Notes: generated by a model from the letters alone, not told the origin. A stretch of 64,000 nucleotides of DNA from the human T2T-CHM13v2.0 reference genome, Homo sapiens (GCF_009914755.1 NC_060941.1); one strand, 5' to 3'. Shown: positions 1-38,827, counted from the stretch's first letter. Translations and numbers: made by a program.

Positions 1-560
1 GTTGAGGAAACAAACTAGGAGAGGAGAAGAGGAGGCGGAACTCAAGTGACGGGAAAGCAGGAACTGAAGAAGCGGAGGAAGGATTTCAAAATTGGACGAA
101 AGCCGGTCGGTTTTACTAACGGACCGGAAGGACTCTAGAGAACGCTCTGCACTATGGCTGGTCCCGTGAGCTTGCGAGACCTTCTAATGGGAGCATCAGC
201 CTGGATGGGCTCTGAAAGTCCCGGAGGGTCCCCTACTGAGGGCGGAGGGAGCGCGGCTGGCGGACCGGAGCCTCCATGGCGGGAGGATGAGATCTGCGTT
301 GTGGGAATCTTCGGCAAGACGGCTCTACGCCTGAATTCCGAGAAGTTCTCTCTTGTGAATACGGTGTGCGACCGACAGGTCTTTCCTCTCTTTCGCCACC
401 AAGATCCTGGGGATCCAGGACCTGGAATCAGAACTGAGGCTGGCGCCGTGGGTGAGGCCGGTGGAGCCGAGGACCCTGGGGCTGCAGCCGGGGGTTCAGT
501 TCGGGGAAGTGGAGCTGTCGCGGAAGGTAACCGAACTGAGGCAGGCTCCCAGGACTACAG
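1..560 (+). promoter_or_regulatory. SMG8 proximal promoter/5'UTR and CpG-rich start of exon 1
   Basis: ETS-type CCGGAAG at 124-130, half-CRE GTGACG at 46-51, and high CpG density continuing into the first ~400 coding nt. The TSS cannot be placed from sequence alone. Confidence 0.55.
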
Positions 561-1912
561 CCTTCTGCAGGCCTACTACAGTCAGGAAAGCAAAGTTCTG
601 TATCTTCTCCTCACCTCCATCTGTGACAATTCACAGCTTCTCCGGGCTTGTCGGGCTCTTCAGAGCGGGGAAGCTGGAGGTGGACTCTCTTTACCTCATG
701 CAGAAGCACACGAGTTCTGGAAGCATCAAGAGAAGCTGCAGTGCCTCAGTCTCCTTTACCTATTCTCTGTCTGTCATATCTTGCTTCTGGTCCATCCCAC
801 TTGTTCCTTTGATATCACTTATGATCGAGTATTCAGAGCCCTGGATGGGCTGAGACAGAAGGTCCTGCCGCTCCTTAAAACAGCCATTAAGGATTGTCCA
901 GTTGGCAAAGACTGGAAGCTAAACTGCCGACCTTGCCCACCTAGACTCCTTTTCCTCTTTCAACTCAATGGAGCCCTCAAGGTAGAACCTCCTCGGAACC
1001 AAGACCCAGCTCATCCAGACAAGCCCAAGAAACATTCTCCCAAAAGGAGGCTGCAGCATGCCCTGGAGGACCAGATCTATAGAATCTTCCGGAAGAGTCG
1101 TGTCTTGACTAATCAGAGCATCAACTGCCTCTTTACTGTGCCTGCCAACCAAGCTTTCGTGTACATAGTACCGGGAAGCCAGGAGGAGGACCCAGTAGGT
1201 ATGTTGCTGGACCAACTTAGGAGTCATTGTACTGTGAAGGACCCGGAATCTTTGCTGGTGCCTGCACCCCTTTCTGGGCCTAGGCGATACCAGGTGATGA
1301 GGCAGCACAGCCGACAACAACTTTCCTTTCACATTGACAGCAGCAGTTCCAGTTCTTCAGGCCAGCTAGTGGATTTCACTCTTCGGGAATTCCTATGGCA
1401 GCATGTGGAGCTAGTTCTAAGCAAGAAAGGTTTCGATGACAGTGTGGGCAGGAACCCACAGCCTTCCCATTTTGAACTTCCTACTTATCAGAAGTGGATC
1501 TCAGCAGCTTCAAAACTGTATGAGGTGGCTATTGATGGGAAAGAAGAGGACTTGGGGTCACCCACTGGAGAGCTAACATCTAAGATTTTAAGCAGTATTA
1601 AAGTCTTGGAAGGATTTTTGGATATTGACACAAAATTCTCAGAAAACCGATGCCAAAAAGCTTTACCCATGGCCCACAGTGCCTACCAGTCAAATTTGCC
1701 TCATAATTACACAATGACTGTCCATAAGAATCAGCTTGCCCAGGCTCTTCGAGTGTACAGTCAACATGCTAGAGGTCCAGCATTTCACAAATACGCCATG
1801 CAGTTACATGAGGACTGCTACAAATTTTGGAGCAATGGCCATCAGCTCTGTGAGGAGAGGAGTTTAACTGATCAACACTGTGTGCACAAATTTCACTCAT
1901 TACCTAAATCAG
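154..1912 (+). CDS. SMG8: SMG8 coding exon 1 (aa 1-586, N-terminal G-domain-like region)
   Basis: ORF MAGPVSLRDLLMG...VVGIFGKT...HSLPKS. Donor AG|GTAGCT at 1912/1913; 1759 nt, phase 1. Confidence 0.97.
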
Positions 1913-2442
1913 GTAGCTAAAATTTGTTCAGCATTTTGAAATAAAAACTTTGAGCTGTGTTTTCATTCTTGTTTTAAGATAGTCTGTTCACTATGTATTG
2001 ATATTTTAGAAAGAGCCCTACAGAAATTTAGGTGCATCAGCTATACGTTTTCTCTCCTGCTGTAAAAGGAAAATATCAGCTATGACTACTTTCTTATTTT
2101 TTTTCATTTAAAGGATACGTCCTAGTGAATTGGTAAGTGAGAATTATTAAGTAGTATAAAATTTCAGACATCTCATATTAACACTTTGCCTTGGAGGATT
2201 TGTAGAACTAAAATGAATGTTATGTTAGATGATGGTACATGATAATGGTAGCAGGAGGAAAAATTCACTTAAAAACTCTAAACTTTACATTTATAATATA
2301 AAGTATTTTATATACTTTCACTTGCTTCTTCTGTTATGTGTATTTAGGTAAGGTTTTTGTTTGTGGGGTTAGATGTTGTAGAATGCAAAGTAAATTCGCA
2401 CATTGTGTTTATGAAATTAATAGTGGCTGTTATATTTTCCAG

Positions 2443-2588
2443 GAGAAAAACCAGAGGCTGATAGAAATCCGCCTGTGCTATATCACAATAGCCGAGCTCG
2501 ATCTACTGGTGCTTGCAACTGTGGAAGGAAACAAGCACCTCGAGATGATCCCTTTGATATCAAAGCAGCCAATTATGACTTCTATCAG
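2443..2588 (+). CDS. SMG8: SMG8 coding exon 2
   Basis: Acceptor ttttccAG|, translation (G)EKPEADRNPPVLYHNSRARSTGACNCGRKQ...YDFYQ, donor CAG|GTAGAC. The 146 nt restore phase 0. Confidence 0.95.
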
Positions 2589-2830
2589 GTAGACTCTGAA
2601 TTTTTTCTTCTTCCTCTTCTGTCTTTTTTTGTTAAATATCATCTGAGTAAAAACATATTTTCAATAGCAGAGTAAGTAGAAAAGCAAATGCAACTGCAGT
2701 ATAATATATAAACAGGAGCAAATTCTTTATGTGTACATATTTACTTACACATCAATTATTGATCTTGTTAGAATGAAGAATATTATTTAAAATGAAAAAC
2801 TTACTGGATTTTTTTTCTTACCCTCTATAG

Positions 2831-4808
<1,978 letters not shown>

Positions 4809-4906
4809 TTGTATGTTCTTTGAACCTATCGTCTGTTTAGGCATTTATCTTTCAGTTGTTTCATATTGAGAAATGTGAAAATAATTATACTACCTGTGTT
4901 TTTCAG

Positions 4907-5104
4907 GTTCAGCCAGGCCCACCACCATGTCCGGTATTCTACCCAGAAAAACAAGAAATCACCCTTCCACCTGATGGCCTTTGGGTTTTGAGATTTCCTT
5001 ATGCATATGTGACTGAGAGAGGACCTTGTTTCCCCCCTAAGGAAAATGTGCAGTTAATGAGCTACAAGGTGCTCCGTGGGGTTCTTAAGGCAGTAACACA
5101 ATAA
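4907..5104 (+). CDS. SMG8: SMG8 coding exon 4 (last)
   Basis: Acceptor tttttcAG|, VQPGPPPCPVFYPE...VLKAVTQ*. The joined CDS is 2976 nt = 991 aa + stop. Confidence 0.96.
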   Translation, partial: VQPGPPPCPVFYPEKQEITLPPDGLWVLRFPYAYVTERGPCFPPKENVQLMSYKVLRGVLKAVTQ

Positions 5105-5304
5105 GTGTTTTCCAGCCAGTTCAATCCTATACTTGAGCTGGTTTTTGTTTTTGGTATTTGTGGCTGTGTTTTTGGTATGTGTTTACTGTGTTTTCCCAAA
5201 TCCAAAATGTGTTTTGGTTACAGGAGTTCAGTATTTGGAAACTAATTTGTTCTACTTTTTCATTATATTGTTGATATTTATTGTAAACGTGACTACAACT
5301 TTCT

Positions 5305-5310
5305 AATAAA
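5305..5310 (+). terminator. SMG8 polyadenylation signal
   Basis: AATAAA ~200 nt after the stop, with U/GU-rich sequence downstream (5355-5376). Confidence 0.7.
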
Positions 5311-5469
5311 GATTGGTTGTTCTAGAAAAGAATATAAAATACATGGATGATACCTGTTTTTTCTCGTTTCTGTTTTACTCTCCATAATTAAACATGTTTC
5401 TATTATAACTGAATGTTGCATAACCATGTTGAGCCAAAATTTTGTTTTTGTTAAAATAATGTTTTAGCT

Positions 5470-8317
<2,848 letters not shown>

Positions 8318-8319
8318 GC

Positions 8320-8996
<677 letters not shown>

Positions 8997-9081
8997 TGAA
9001 AAATAGAACTATGTGCGTCAGTTGATCTACAGGAAATAGTTTAACAGCCCTAAACAGAACACATGATTTTTTAACCTGTAA

Positions 9082-9783
<702 letters not shown>

Positions 9784-10419
9784 CTGAATCAGGATTTTAA
9801 ATATTCACTCTGCTTTTCTAGTCCTGTGGGAGATATGGTCTTCTCCGTAAAATTTCTCCCTCAGTCCTGGGTGATTTATTTCTTTTGCATTGAAGTGTGT
9901 GGCTTTTCGTGTGTTAGCAGTTTGTAATTTGTCGGGTAAAAGGAAAACTAGTAGGGCCTTCTGGAACTTAGTTATCTGTCTTTCTAGGACTTTTAGGTAA
10001 TACCTTATAACCTTAACAAAGTTTCCTTATTTTATACGGACTTGTAAGTCAACAAATACTTCTACAGTGCCTATTGTGTACAAAGAATGAGGATTGCACT
10101 TTCACAATGAAATGAGGGAGGACAGGGGCCGATCTCTCAGATATTTGACTGATAAACCAGTACCTTTTCTAGTATATGCGACCATAGGGGAAATTCTCTC
10201 TAGGCTAGATAAACGGAGGAGTTTATTTAGTGTTTTAGCAAGCTTTATCGCCTCCATAGGTACAAATTATTTGCATTTTCTAGAGCAAGGGATAAGACGC
10301 GCCCTGGAATCTTTCCTTTTTGATGTGGATTTTCCAATTAGGAAAGGCTGCCCGTGAATAGTCTTTTCTGCTTGAGTGATGGCCAACACACTGGCAGGTT
10401 TGCAAGCTTTCTCTTCATG

Positions 10420-11420
10420 AGGGTCCGTCCACAGAGCTAGGTGACAAACGCTCAGTCCAGGATCTCTGCAGGTTCCTACACGGGAGCCGGAGAGCGCCTG
10501 CGCGTCGGAGCCTCTTTGTTGCTGGGGCGCTGGGGTCCAGCTGCGCGTGCGCAGTAGGCCGGCACCGACAAGTGCGCTGCACCAGTGGCACCGGCTGGGG
10601 GCGAGCCGACCTCGAGCAGCCGCCGCCGCCGCCGTCGTTGCTACTGCCGCAGCGGAGTTCAGAGGGCCCGGAGGTGGGAGACTTCCCACACGGTGACTGA
10701 GATGTCGTCCACTGCGGCTTTTTACCTTCTCTCTACGCTAGGAGGATACTTGGTGACCTCATTCTTGTTGCTTAAATACCCGACCTTGCTGCACCAGAGA
10801 AAGAAGCAGCGATTCCTCAGTAAACACATCTCTCACCGCGGAGGTGAGAGGGGTCCCCAGAACCCGATGACGGAGGTGGGGGAGGCTGAGGGTCCTTTGC
10901 GGCTCCGCAAAAGGCAGCCGGGTGCCAATCCCTGAGAGTTTGAGGAAGAATGGGGTTGTGTGAATTGAGGGCTCTTCCGGAGGTGAAGGCTGTGTGAAGG
11001 GAAGGTCTCCTGAGGGGAGGGAAGGAGAGGGATTCCCGGTCAGAGCCACGGCGGGGGTCTCTCGAGGGCAGCAGTGTGAGGGGTTCTCTGAAACGGGAAA
11101 GACACGGTCGAGAATGAAGGGTAGGTGGAGCGTTTCTCGGCGGATGGAAGGATGATCGCAAGGTCCCTTCCTAGCAGCAAGACACAAAGGGGGAGCGCCG
11201 TGCAGAACCGAGGGTACCCCGCGGGGGGCACCGGGAGCACACTGCTCCGAGCGAGCTAGTGGCTGAGTGGATGGGAAGAGCCGAGGCGACGAGGAGGGCT
11301 GGGGATTTGCATGAAGCTGGACGAGCTGTAACCCCTTGTCTGCGGTGCTGGGGGCCCGTCCCACCCCCACGTTCCGAGCACTCATAATTGAGAAGAGAGG
11401 GAAACCGAGTCCCCCGAGCC
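10420..11420 (+). promoter_or_regulatory. GDPD1 CpG-island promoter with two NRF1-type sites
   Basis: GC/CpG-rich block. GCGCCTGCGC at 10494-10503 and TGCGCGTGCGCA at 10542-10553 match the NRF1 consensus; (GCC)5 at 10619-10633. Confidence 0.8.
10702..10843 (+). CDS. GDPD1: GDPD1 coding exon 1 (hydrophobic N-terminal anchor, catalytic HRG motif)
   Basis: MSSTAAFYLLSTLGGYLVTSFLLLKYP...ISHRG(G), donor GAG|GTGAGA; 142 nt. Confidence 0.95.
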
Positions 11421-11539
11421 AGGGACATTTCCCAAGGTCACAATTAGAGCTAGGGCTGAACTGAGACAGGAGCTACAGCGTCCTGGTCCTCAGGGCTGGA
11501 AACCTTGCATCTTTTTTTTTTTTTTTTTGAACACTGCAA

Positions 11540-11570
<31 letters not shown>

Positions 11571-12236
11571 ACACGCAAAGACACGTGGATTTTCAACAGA
11601 CTAAAAATGATTTCGTTTAGGACAGGACAGTATTGTTTAAAGAAAACAAAAATAAGTTTCTTTTGGAAAAGTGTTTTGCTAAAAGGAGCCCAGGTAGTCC
11701 ACCCTCTAATTTCCCAGATAACAGGCCAAATCTTTGCTTCTTCATTATTGTGTAATAATGTGTCTTCATTGCATTTCAACTATGATGTATAAAGTGCGGT
11801 GAAATTGGATTATTTTCAATCAATTTTAACTGTTCTTTAAGGCTGAATCTTAAACCGGTTTAAAATTTGCTTGAAATTTAATACACACTTGAAATGATAA
11901 TTTCTAGGAGTTTACAGTCTAAAACTTGGTGTAGTACCATAATCACTTTACTAACAAGTATTGGCCAAGGAAAAAGGTTTTGAAATATAAATACGGAAGT
12001 ACATTATCATTCTTCTATATAATTTTATTAGTTAAGCATAGTTCTAATGAGTGACTTCAATAGTATTCTAGCCTTCCCACTCATGAAAAGCCTCAGAGGT
12101 TTTAAAGGGTGGTCAGCCAAATGCCTTGTTATTGTTTATTTGGGTTATCTGTTTTAATAGCTACCTGGTTAAACTGTAGGATGACATTTAACTACTAAGG
12201 TGCCTTCAACCATTGGAACCAGGGACCAACTTTTAG

Positions 12237-13002
<766 letters not shown>

Positions 13003-13895
13003 TAAAAACTCCAAAACAAAACAAAACCAGATCCTCTAAAAAGCTATCTAAACTGTCATTGTGAATGATCAAAATTTTATTTTAGAAGAAATACTTGTCG
13101 ATCTTTGAAATTTTGCAACACTCTGCAGGTGAAAAAACCCAGCACTCCATAGGCGTTAAAGACTGTGTGCTAGATTATCACAACAAGTATCAAAGCCAGG
13201 ATAAGCTAGACCTCAAATTTTCGTTTACTGTTGAAAATACTTTAAAACTATTTTCTTCCTAGATATTAGGTCATTTCAATATTACCTCTTATATAAAAAT
13301 TTCCATTCATTATTTGTAAATGCGGCATCAGTATTTATATATTTAAAGATGTAATGGAACTTTTTGTGATAATCTTATTAAATATCTGCAGACTCAAAAT
13401 CTGTTTTACCTATATAATGGTCCTATAAACACTGTAGTAAGTTCCCATGTCAGTGCTTCATATGCTTTTGTTGAATATGTACACTCAATACTCCAGTTGA
13501 ATCCAGAGTGATAGAGGAGATAAAACACTTTGTAATTCAAGATACTACGTCTCTGGAAAATAAGAGACAATGTAACTAGGAAGGAATCACTCCATTGATT
13601 GCCTTTAATTTTTGTCTTCGACACGGATAATAGCAATCACTGGTCTCTCTGTGCAATTTGGGCTTATTCTCTACTGCCATAACTGCAAATACCTGATATT
13701 TACTTATTTTTCCCTATAAGTAAGGAAACAGTGATATTTCTTGTAAATTAGATATGTGACCATTGAAACATTAATCATGTTATGTGTATAAAGTATATGC
13801 AACTGAATTGACATAACCTAAAACTTGAATATCTACTCTATTTCTAGAATATTATGTCTACTGCAAAAACACATGTCTGTAATCCCAGCTATTCA

Positions 13896-13997
<102 letters not shown>

Positions 13998-14149
13998 TCA
14001 GGGCACTCCGAGGGGTTGAATCACAGATGGACAGATGGCTCTTTCTCTCTCCACCTTTTTTTTGAGACAAGTTCTCACTCTGTCACCCAGGCTGGAGGGC
14101 AGTGATGCAATCACTGCCATCATGATGAGCTTGACATCATTTAATTCTT

Positions 14150-18985
<4,836 letters not shown>

Positions 18986-19078
18986 TCAGTTTAGGTTCTG
19001 TTTTAACCCTCCTGTGTTACTGTGGCTGTGTTTTGATTTTTGATTTCTACTGTTGCAGCTAAAAAAAAATTCAAAATA

Positions 19079-24156
<5,078 letters not shown>

Positions 24157-24184
24157 TACCATTACACTCTTTAAAACACTTGTA

Positions 24185-28795
<4,611 letters not shown>

Positions 28796-30384
28796 TTGTG
28801 TTATTTCATTAGGAGCAGGAATCTTTTCTTACTGATTTCAAAATTCTTAATGCCTAACTCAGGCTCTGACATAAATAGACACTCACTAGTTGCTTACTGA
28901 ATGAAATATGGAATGGGACATTCAGGAATAAAGCAGAACATTAGCAAAAGACTGATGAAGGAGACAGAGCCTCCTTCATAGTAAAGCACAGAAGCAAAAA
29001 CTAAGGAATTGTACTATACACATATACACAGAGCCACTAAACCCTTGAGTATGTAAGATGTGGTTCTCAAGGGCTAATAAAACTAGGTTATTAAACCAGG
29101 CTGCCTTAGGAAATACCCGTAGGACAATGTGATACCTATAGTATTAGCCGGAATGGTAAGGAGAAAGAAGCAAATTGTATTAGCAATAGCTAGAAGTGTA
29201 AGTTGGCAGACAGCCAGAGTAATTAATCAGTGACCTGGTTCTCATGATAAATATTTTAGAATATCTAATTAATATGACTATCTATGAAATGGGAATAGTG
29301 ATACAACCTCAGTGTTGTGAAGAGTAAATGAGATTCAAATAAATTCTTTAACATGGTGCCTATTTTAAGTTGTTATGCATTGTTTCTGTGGAGTTTCTTT
29401 CACATTTTCTTTTAGAGCTAGAGTTTTTATTTCTTTTTCTGGAAATGTTGAAACCTTGGCATCTCCAACTTCTTTTTTGTATTTTTTTTTGTATTTGTCA
29501 ACAGCTTGTCAGAAATTCAGCTATAAAATATCTGATATTTCAATGGAAGTAGGTGCATGTTGTTATTCATGGAAATTTTTGAAGGCAAAAGTGATAAAAA
29601 AATTTTTCTCACTGTGTTCTAGCTATTTACATATCAAATTTGGGATAATTTTACTAGAATAATTTACAAGTTGTCCTAGATACACTTATTATTGTTCTAA
29701 TTTTTTTATCTATTAGTTTGTCAATAACAATAAGCATACATAGAAAATATTTTTCAAATAATTCCTAAACATTTCTAAAAATAGCCAGCATTTCAGCTAG
29801 AGACAAACTTCAAACTTAGAAAGATTTCTGAGGTAATATGTATAGTTTTTTTTTTTTTAATTGCCAGCATAGGACACACTGTTTTTTTTTTTTTAACCTC
29901 CCCCTCTCCAGCTCAAGCGATCCTCACACTTCAGCCTCCCTAGTAGCTGGGACTACAGGGCATGCCTCCATGCCCGGCTAATTTTTCATATTTTTTTTAG
30001 AGACGGGGTTTTGTAGAATGATTCACCCACCTCGGCCTCCCAAAATGCTGAGATTATAGGCCGGAGCAACTGCACCTTTAATTTTACACTTTGGCTGGGT
30101 GCAGTGCCTCATGCCTGTAATCCCAGCACTTTGGGAGGCCGAGGCGGGCAGATCAGGAGGGCAGGAGTTCGAGACCAGCCTGTCCAATGTGGTGAAACCC
30201 TGTCTCTACTAAAAAATACAAAAATTAGTTGGCGTGGTGATGCGCGCTTGTAGTCCCAGCTACTCAGAAGGCTGAGGCAGGAGTATCGCTTGAACCTGGA
30301 GAGCGGAAGTTGCAGTGAGCCGAGATCATGCCACTGCACTCCAGCCTGGGTGACAGAGTGAGACTCTGTCTCAAAAAAAAAAAT

Positions 30385-31296
30385 AAGAAGTTTAAAAATG
30401 TTAAATAGAAAAAAACTTACATAATAAGGATATAAAGAAAGAAAATATATTTGTACAGCTGTAAAATGTTTGTGTTTTAAGGTATTATTACGAAAGAGTC
30501 AAGTTTTTTAAAATTTAAAAGTTTATAAAGAAGTTACAGTAAGCTAAATAGGTATTTTTTAAATTTTATTATATTTTTAAGAGACAGGGTCTCACTTTGT
30601 CTCTTAGGCTGGAGTACAGTGGCATGATCATAGATGAACTCCTGGGCTCAAGCGATCCTCCTGCCTCAGCATCCCAAGTCACTAGAACTACAGGGATGTG
30701 CCACTATACCTCCCTAATTTTTAAATTTTTTTCGTAAAGATGAGATCTCTCCATGTTGCCCAGGCTTGTCTCCAACTCCTGACCTCAAGCAATCCTCCTG
30801 GCTCGGCCTCCCAAAGTGTTGGGATTACAGGCATGAGCCACCGTGCCAGGTCTATTTTTAAAATAAATTTCATGTTGCCTAAGTATACAGTGTTTATAAG
30901 GTCTACAGTACTGTATAGTAATGTCCTATGCCTTCCATTCACTCACCACTCACTCAGTGACACCAAAAGCAACTTCCAGTCCTGCAAGCTCCATTCATGA
31001 TAAGTGCCCTAATGCAGGTGTCCCATTTTTATCTTTTATATCATATTTTAATTGTACCCTTTCTGTGTTTAGACAGATTCACAAGTACTTAACACTGTGT
31101 TACATTTGCCTGTAGTATTTAGTACAGTAATGTGCTGTACAGATTTGTAACCACGGAACAATAGGCTATACTCTATAACATAGATGTTTAAATACCATCT
31201 ACATTTGTGTAAGTGCACTCTGTGATGTCCGCACAATGACAAAATTGACCATACATTTCTCAGAACATACGCCCATTGTTAAGTGGTGCATGACTT
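30385..31296 (+). mobile_element. Tigger3 (GOLEM/MER7)-type DNA transposon 3' part, split by an antisense AluJ
   Basis: cactcaccactcactca...caacttccagtcctgcaagctccattcat and the terminal gttaagtggtgcatgact resemble Tigger3b. Confidence 0.7.
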
Positions 31297-31418
31297 TATA
31301 ATATTTTTATATTATGTGTTGTAAGAATACAGGAGTATACATTTACCCCACATAGGTGATTCACAGATAAAATAAGAATCATGTGAGCTAGTGTATTTAT
31401 TTATTTATTTATTTTTGA

Positions 31419-31604
<186 letters not shown>

Positions 31605-31801
31605 TAGCCAGGGTGGTCTTGAACTCCTGACCTCAGGTGATCTGCCGCCTTGGCCTCCCAAAGTGCTGGGATTACAGGCATGAGCCATCGTGCCCAGCCT
31701 CTGAGCATCCTTTTAAATACACTAGCTGAGCTGGGTGCCGTGGCTCATGGCTGTAATCCCAGCACTTTGGGAGGCTGAGGCGGGTGGATCACTTGAGTTC
31801 A

Positions 31802-32095
<294 letters not shown>

Positions 32096-32126
32096 TCAAT
32101 AATATTGTCTTGTAGATAAGAGATAA

Positions 32127-32363
<237 letters not shown>

Positions 32364-32699
32364 TGAACTACTGACCTCAGTTGATTCGCCTGCCTTGGCC
32401 TCCCAAAGTGCTGGAATTACAGGTGTGAGCCACCATTCCTGGCTAAGAGATATATTCTTAATGGCAGTATATTTGTTTTTCCATTATAAAAGTTTATATT
32501 CTAAAAATTCAAACAACTCAAATAATCTATGTGAAGTAAAAAATTGGCCTGCTCACTTTCCTACTCCCATTCCTACTCATCTCACTTATAAGAGGTAACT
32601 CCTGTTATGATTTGGCCTTATATCTTTCTATTATTTTAAAAATTTACACACAAACTTTTTTTACATAAACTTTATTTTACATCAATAAAATCATATGAT

Positions 32700-33747
<1,048 letters not shown>

Positions 33748-34022
33748 TCGTACCTATTTTAAAATTCAGATATACCCCAACAATGCTATTCCATGTGAAT
33801 TCTATATTCTTTGAATGACTACACATTACATACTATGGATTTGGATCATGATTGATAAACACTTAGGTGCCAACTGAGTTGGAATTAATTAAAATTTAAA
33901 ATATTAATAGATGTTGATAATGAAAACATGGCTCCATTCCCCTCATTTAGAAATATATTTAGTACCTACAATGTGCCCAACACCATAAACATTAGAAAAT
34001 ATGGAACAGACATAAGCCCTTC

Positions 34023-34445
34023 TGTTAGTGGCGGTGAATCCATAGAGGTCTGCAGCAACCTCAATTCTTGCCTCCTCAGAAGAAAAAAATTGACCGAGGG
34101 CTTAAGGCAGAAGGAGAGACCAAGGCAAGTTTTACCACAAGAGTGAAAGGTTATTAAAAAGCTTTAGAGCAGGAATGAAAAGAAGTAAAGTACATTTGGA
34201 AGAGGGCCAAGTGGTGACTTGAGAGATCAAGTGCCCAGTTTGACCTTTGACTTAGGGTTTTATATGTTGGGATACTTCCGGGGTCTTGCGTCCCTTCTCC
34301 CTTGATTCTTCCCTTGGGATGGGCTGTCTGCATGCACAGTAGCCTGCCGCTACTTGGGAGGGGCCACATGTGCAGTGTGTTTACTGGAGTTGTACTCATG
34401 CTCTCTTGAGGCATTCTTCCCTTACCAGTCGAATGCTCCTAGAAG
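34023..34445. mobile_element. Truncated ERV1 LTR (LTR19-like, tentative)
   Basis: Starts TGTTAG; ctgcagcaacctcaattcttgcctcctcagaagaaa motif; abuts an Alu fragment at 34450. Confidence 0.55.
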
Positions 34446-35496
34446 AGCATTTTGTATTTTAGTAGAGACAAGGTTTCACCATGTTGGCCAGGATAGTTTC
34501 AATCTCCTGACCTTGTGATCTACCCGCCTTGGCCTCCCAAAGTGCTGGGATTAGACGCCTGAGCCACCACACCTGGCCAATTTTTTTGTATTTTTAGTAG
34601 AGATGGGGTTTCACCTTGTCGGCCAGGCTAGTCTCAAACTCCTGACCTCAGGTGATCTGCCTGCTTTTGCCTCCCGTAGTGCTGGGATTACAGGTGTGAG
34701 CTACCGTGCCTGTCTAATTTGGATGCTTTTGTTAATTTTTTTCTTGCCTAATTGCTAGAGCTTTCAATACTATGTTAAATCAAAGTAATAAAAGTGGCCA
34801 GGTGCAGTGGCTCATGCTTTTAAAACCTTGCACTTTGGGAGGCTGAGGCAGGAGGATCACATGAGCCCAGGAGTTCAAGACCAGCCTGAACAACATAACA
34901 AGACCCTATCTCTACTAAAAATAAAAAAATTAGCTGGGCACAGTGGCATCCATCTGTAGTTCCAGCTACTCAGTAGGCTGAGGCAGGAGGATCACTTGAG
35001 CCCAGGAGTTTGAGGATGCAATGAGCCATGATCATGCCATTGCACTCCAGCCTGGGCAACAGAGCAAGACTCTGTCTCAAAAAAATAAAATAAATAAAAA
35101 TAAAAACAAGCATCCTTGTCTTGTTATTTAATCCTTTCATTTTATAGAAGTGAAAATGTAGTCCCTGAGAGAAGAATTTACTTGCCCAAAGTTATGCAAA
35201 TTCACAGCAAAGCAGGAATTAATATCAAATCTCTTAACTTCAGATTCAGTATTCTGTCTATTATATTCAGTTGAAGAATTAAGGATAACTGGATATGGAA
35301 AGGAGGCAACATGATTCTTTTATTCTCAGTTCATTTAGAATATTTTCATATTAATAAGTCATACTAAGTGATGGTATTAAGGAGATATTTTAGTATTATG
35401 GGATTTTGGATTTGTAACTCTGAATTGTTAGATCTCATGCATGTAACCCAAATGTATACTTAAGTGTCAGATGTCATTCTTCTTTTATTTCTTCAG

Positions 35497-35632
35497 TGCG
35501 GTTAAAATCGGAACTGATATGCTAGAATTGGACTGCCATATCACAAAAGATGAACAAGTTGTAGTGTCACATGATGAGAATCTAAAGAGAGCAACTGGGG
35601 TCAATGTAAACATCTCTGATCTCAAATACTGT
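35497..35632 (+). CDS. GDPD1: GDPD1 exon 3
   Basis: cttcAG| AVKIGTDMLELDCHITKDEQVVVSHDENL...LKYC |GTAAGT; ExD and HD catalytic motifs; 136 nt. Confidence 0.95.
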
Positions 35633-35784
35633 GTAAGTAAAAATGCATGATAAACTAATATCTAATAGATGTCGCGGCCTATAAGATTTTTTTTAAAATA
35701 GCGAATATCAGCAAAAAATTTCTAATATTATTTAAATACTGATTAAATACTAAACATCAAAGGAAATTTTAAAAAACTACTTTG

Positions 35785-38415
<2,631 letters not shown>

Positions 38416-38827
38416 ATAATATTTACTAGTATTGAGCATTATAATTATACCAAAATTTGCTAATTAAATTTTAATTAACATTTCATTAATTATTAATTAG
38501 TTTAAAGATCTATTAATTGTTAGTTATTTTTCTTTGGTTTTCATTGAATTGTGTCAATGAAAAATGTATTCCTGACATTTTTCTACTGAAATCTTTGTAT
38601 ATTATTGTGAAAAGGTCTATATTAAATAGTACAGATATATTTTTTGTAGATGGCATAGGTAAGTAATATGGTTAATTTGCTGTTGGGGATGTTCTGCTAA
38701 GGGTGCCTAGTAAAGTGTTTTAGTCTTCTGTATGTTAAAGAAGCATATCTTTGTGTCTTAATGTAACACATAAAAATCTTATTATTTTTTGAGAGTTAAC
38801 TTTTTTTTCAATCATATCTTTTTAAAG

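Noticed and set aside
2338-2592. Upstream alternative acceptor for SMG8 exon 2 (exon start 2348)
   Set aside because: A 95-nt extension would frameshift, and nothing in the sequence supports its use.
10267-11428. Long antisense ORFs (140 and 208 aa) at the GDPD1 promoter
   Set aside because: Expected from stop-codon scarcity in a CpG island; no domain similarity seen.
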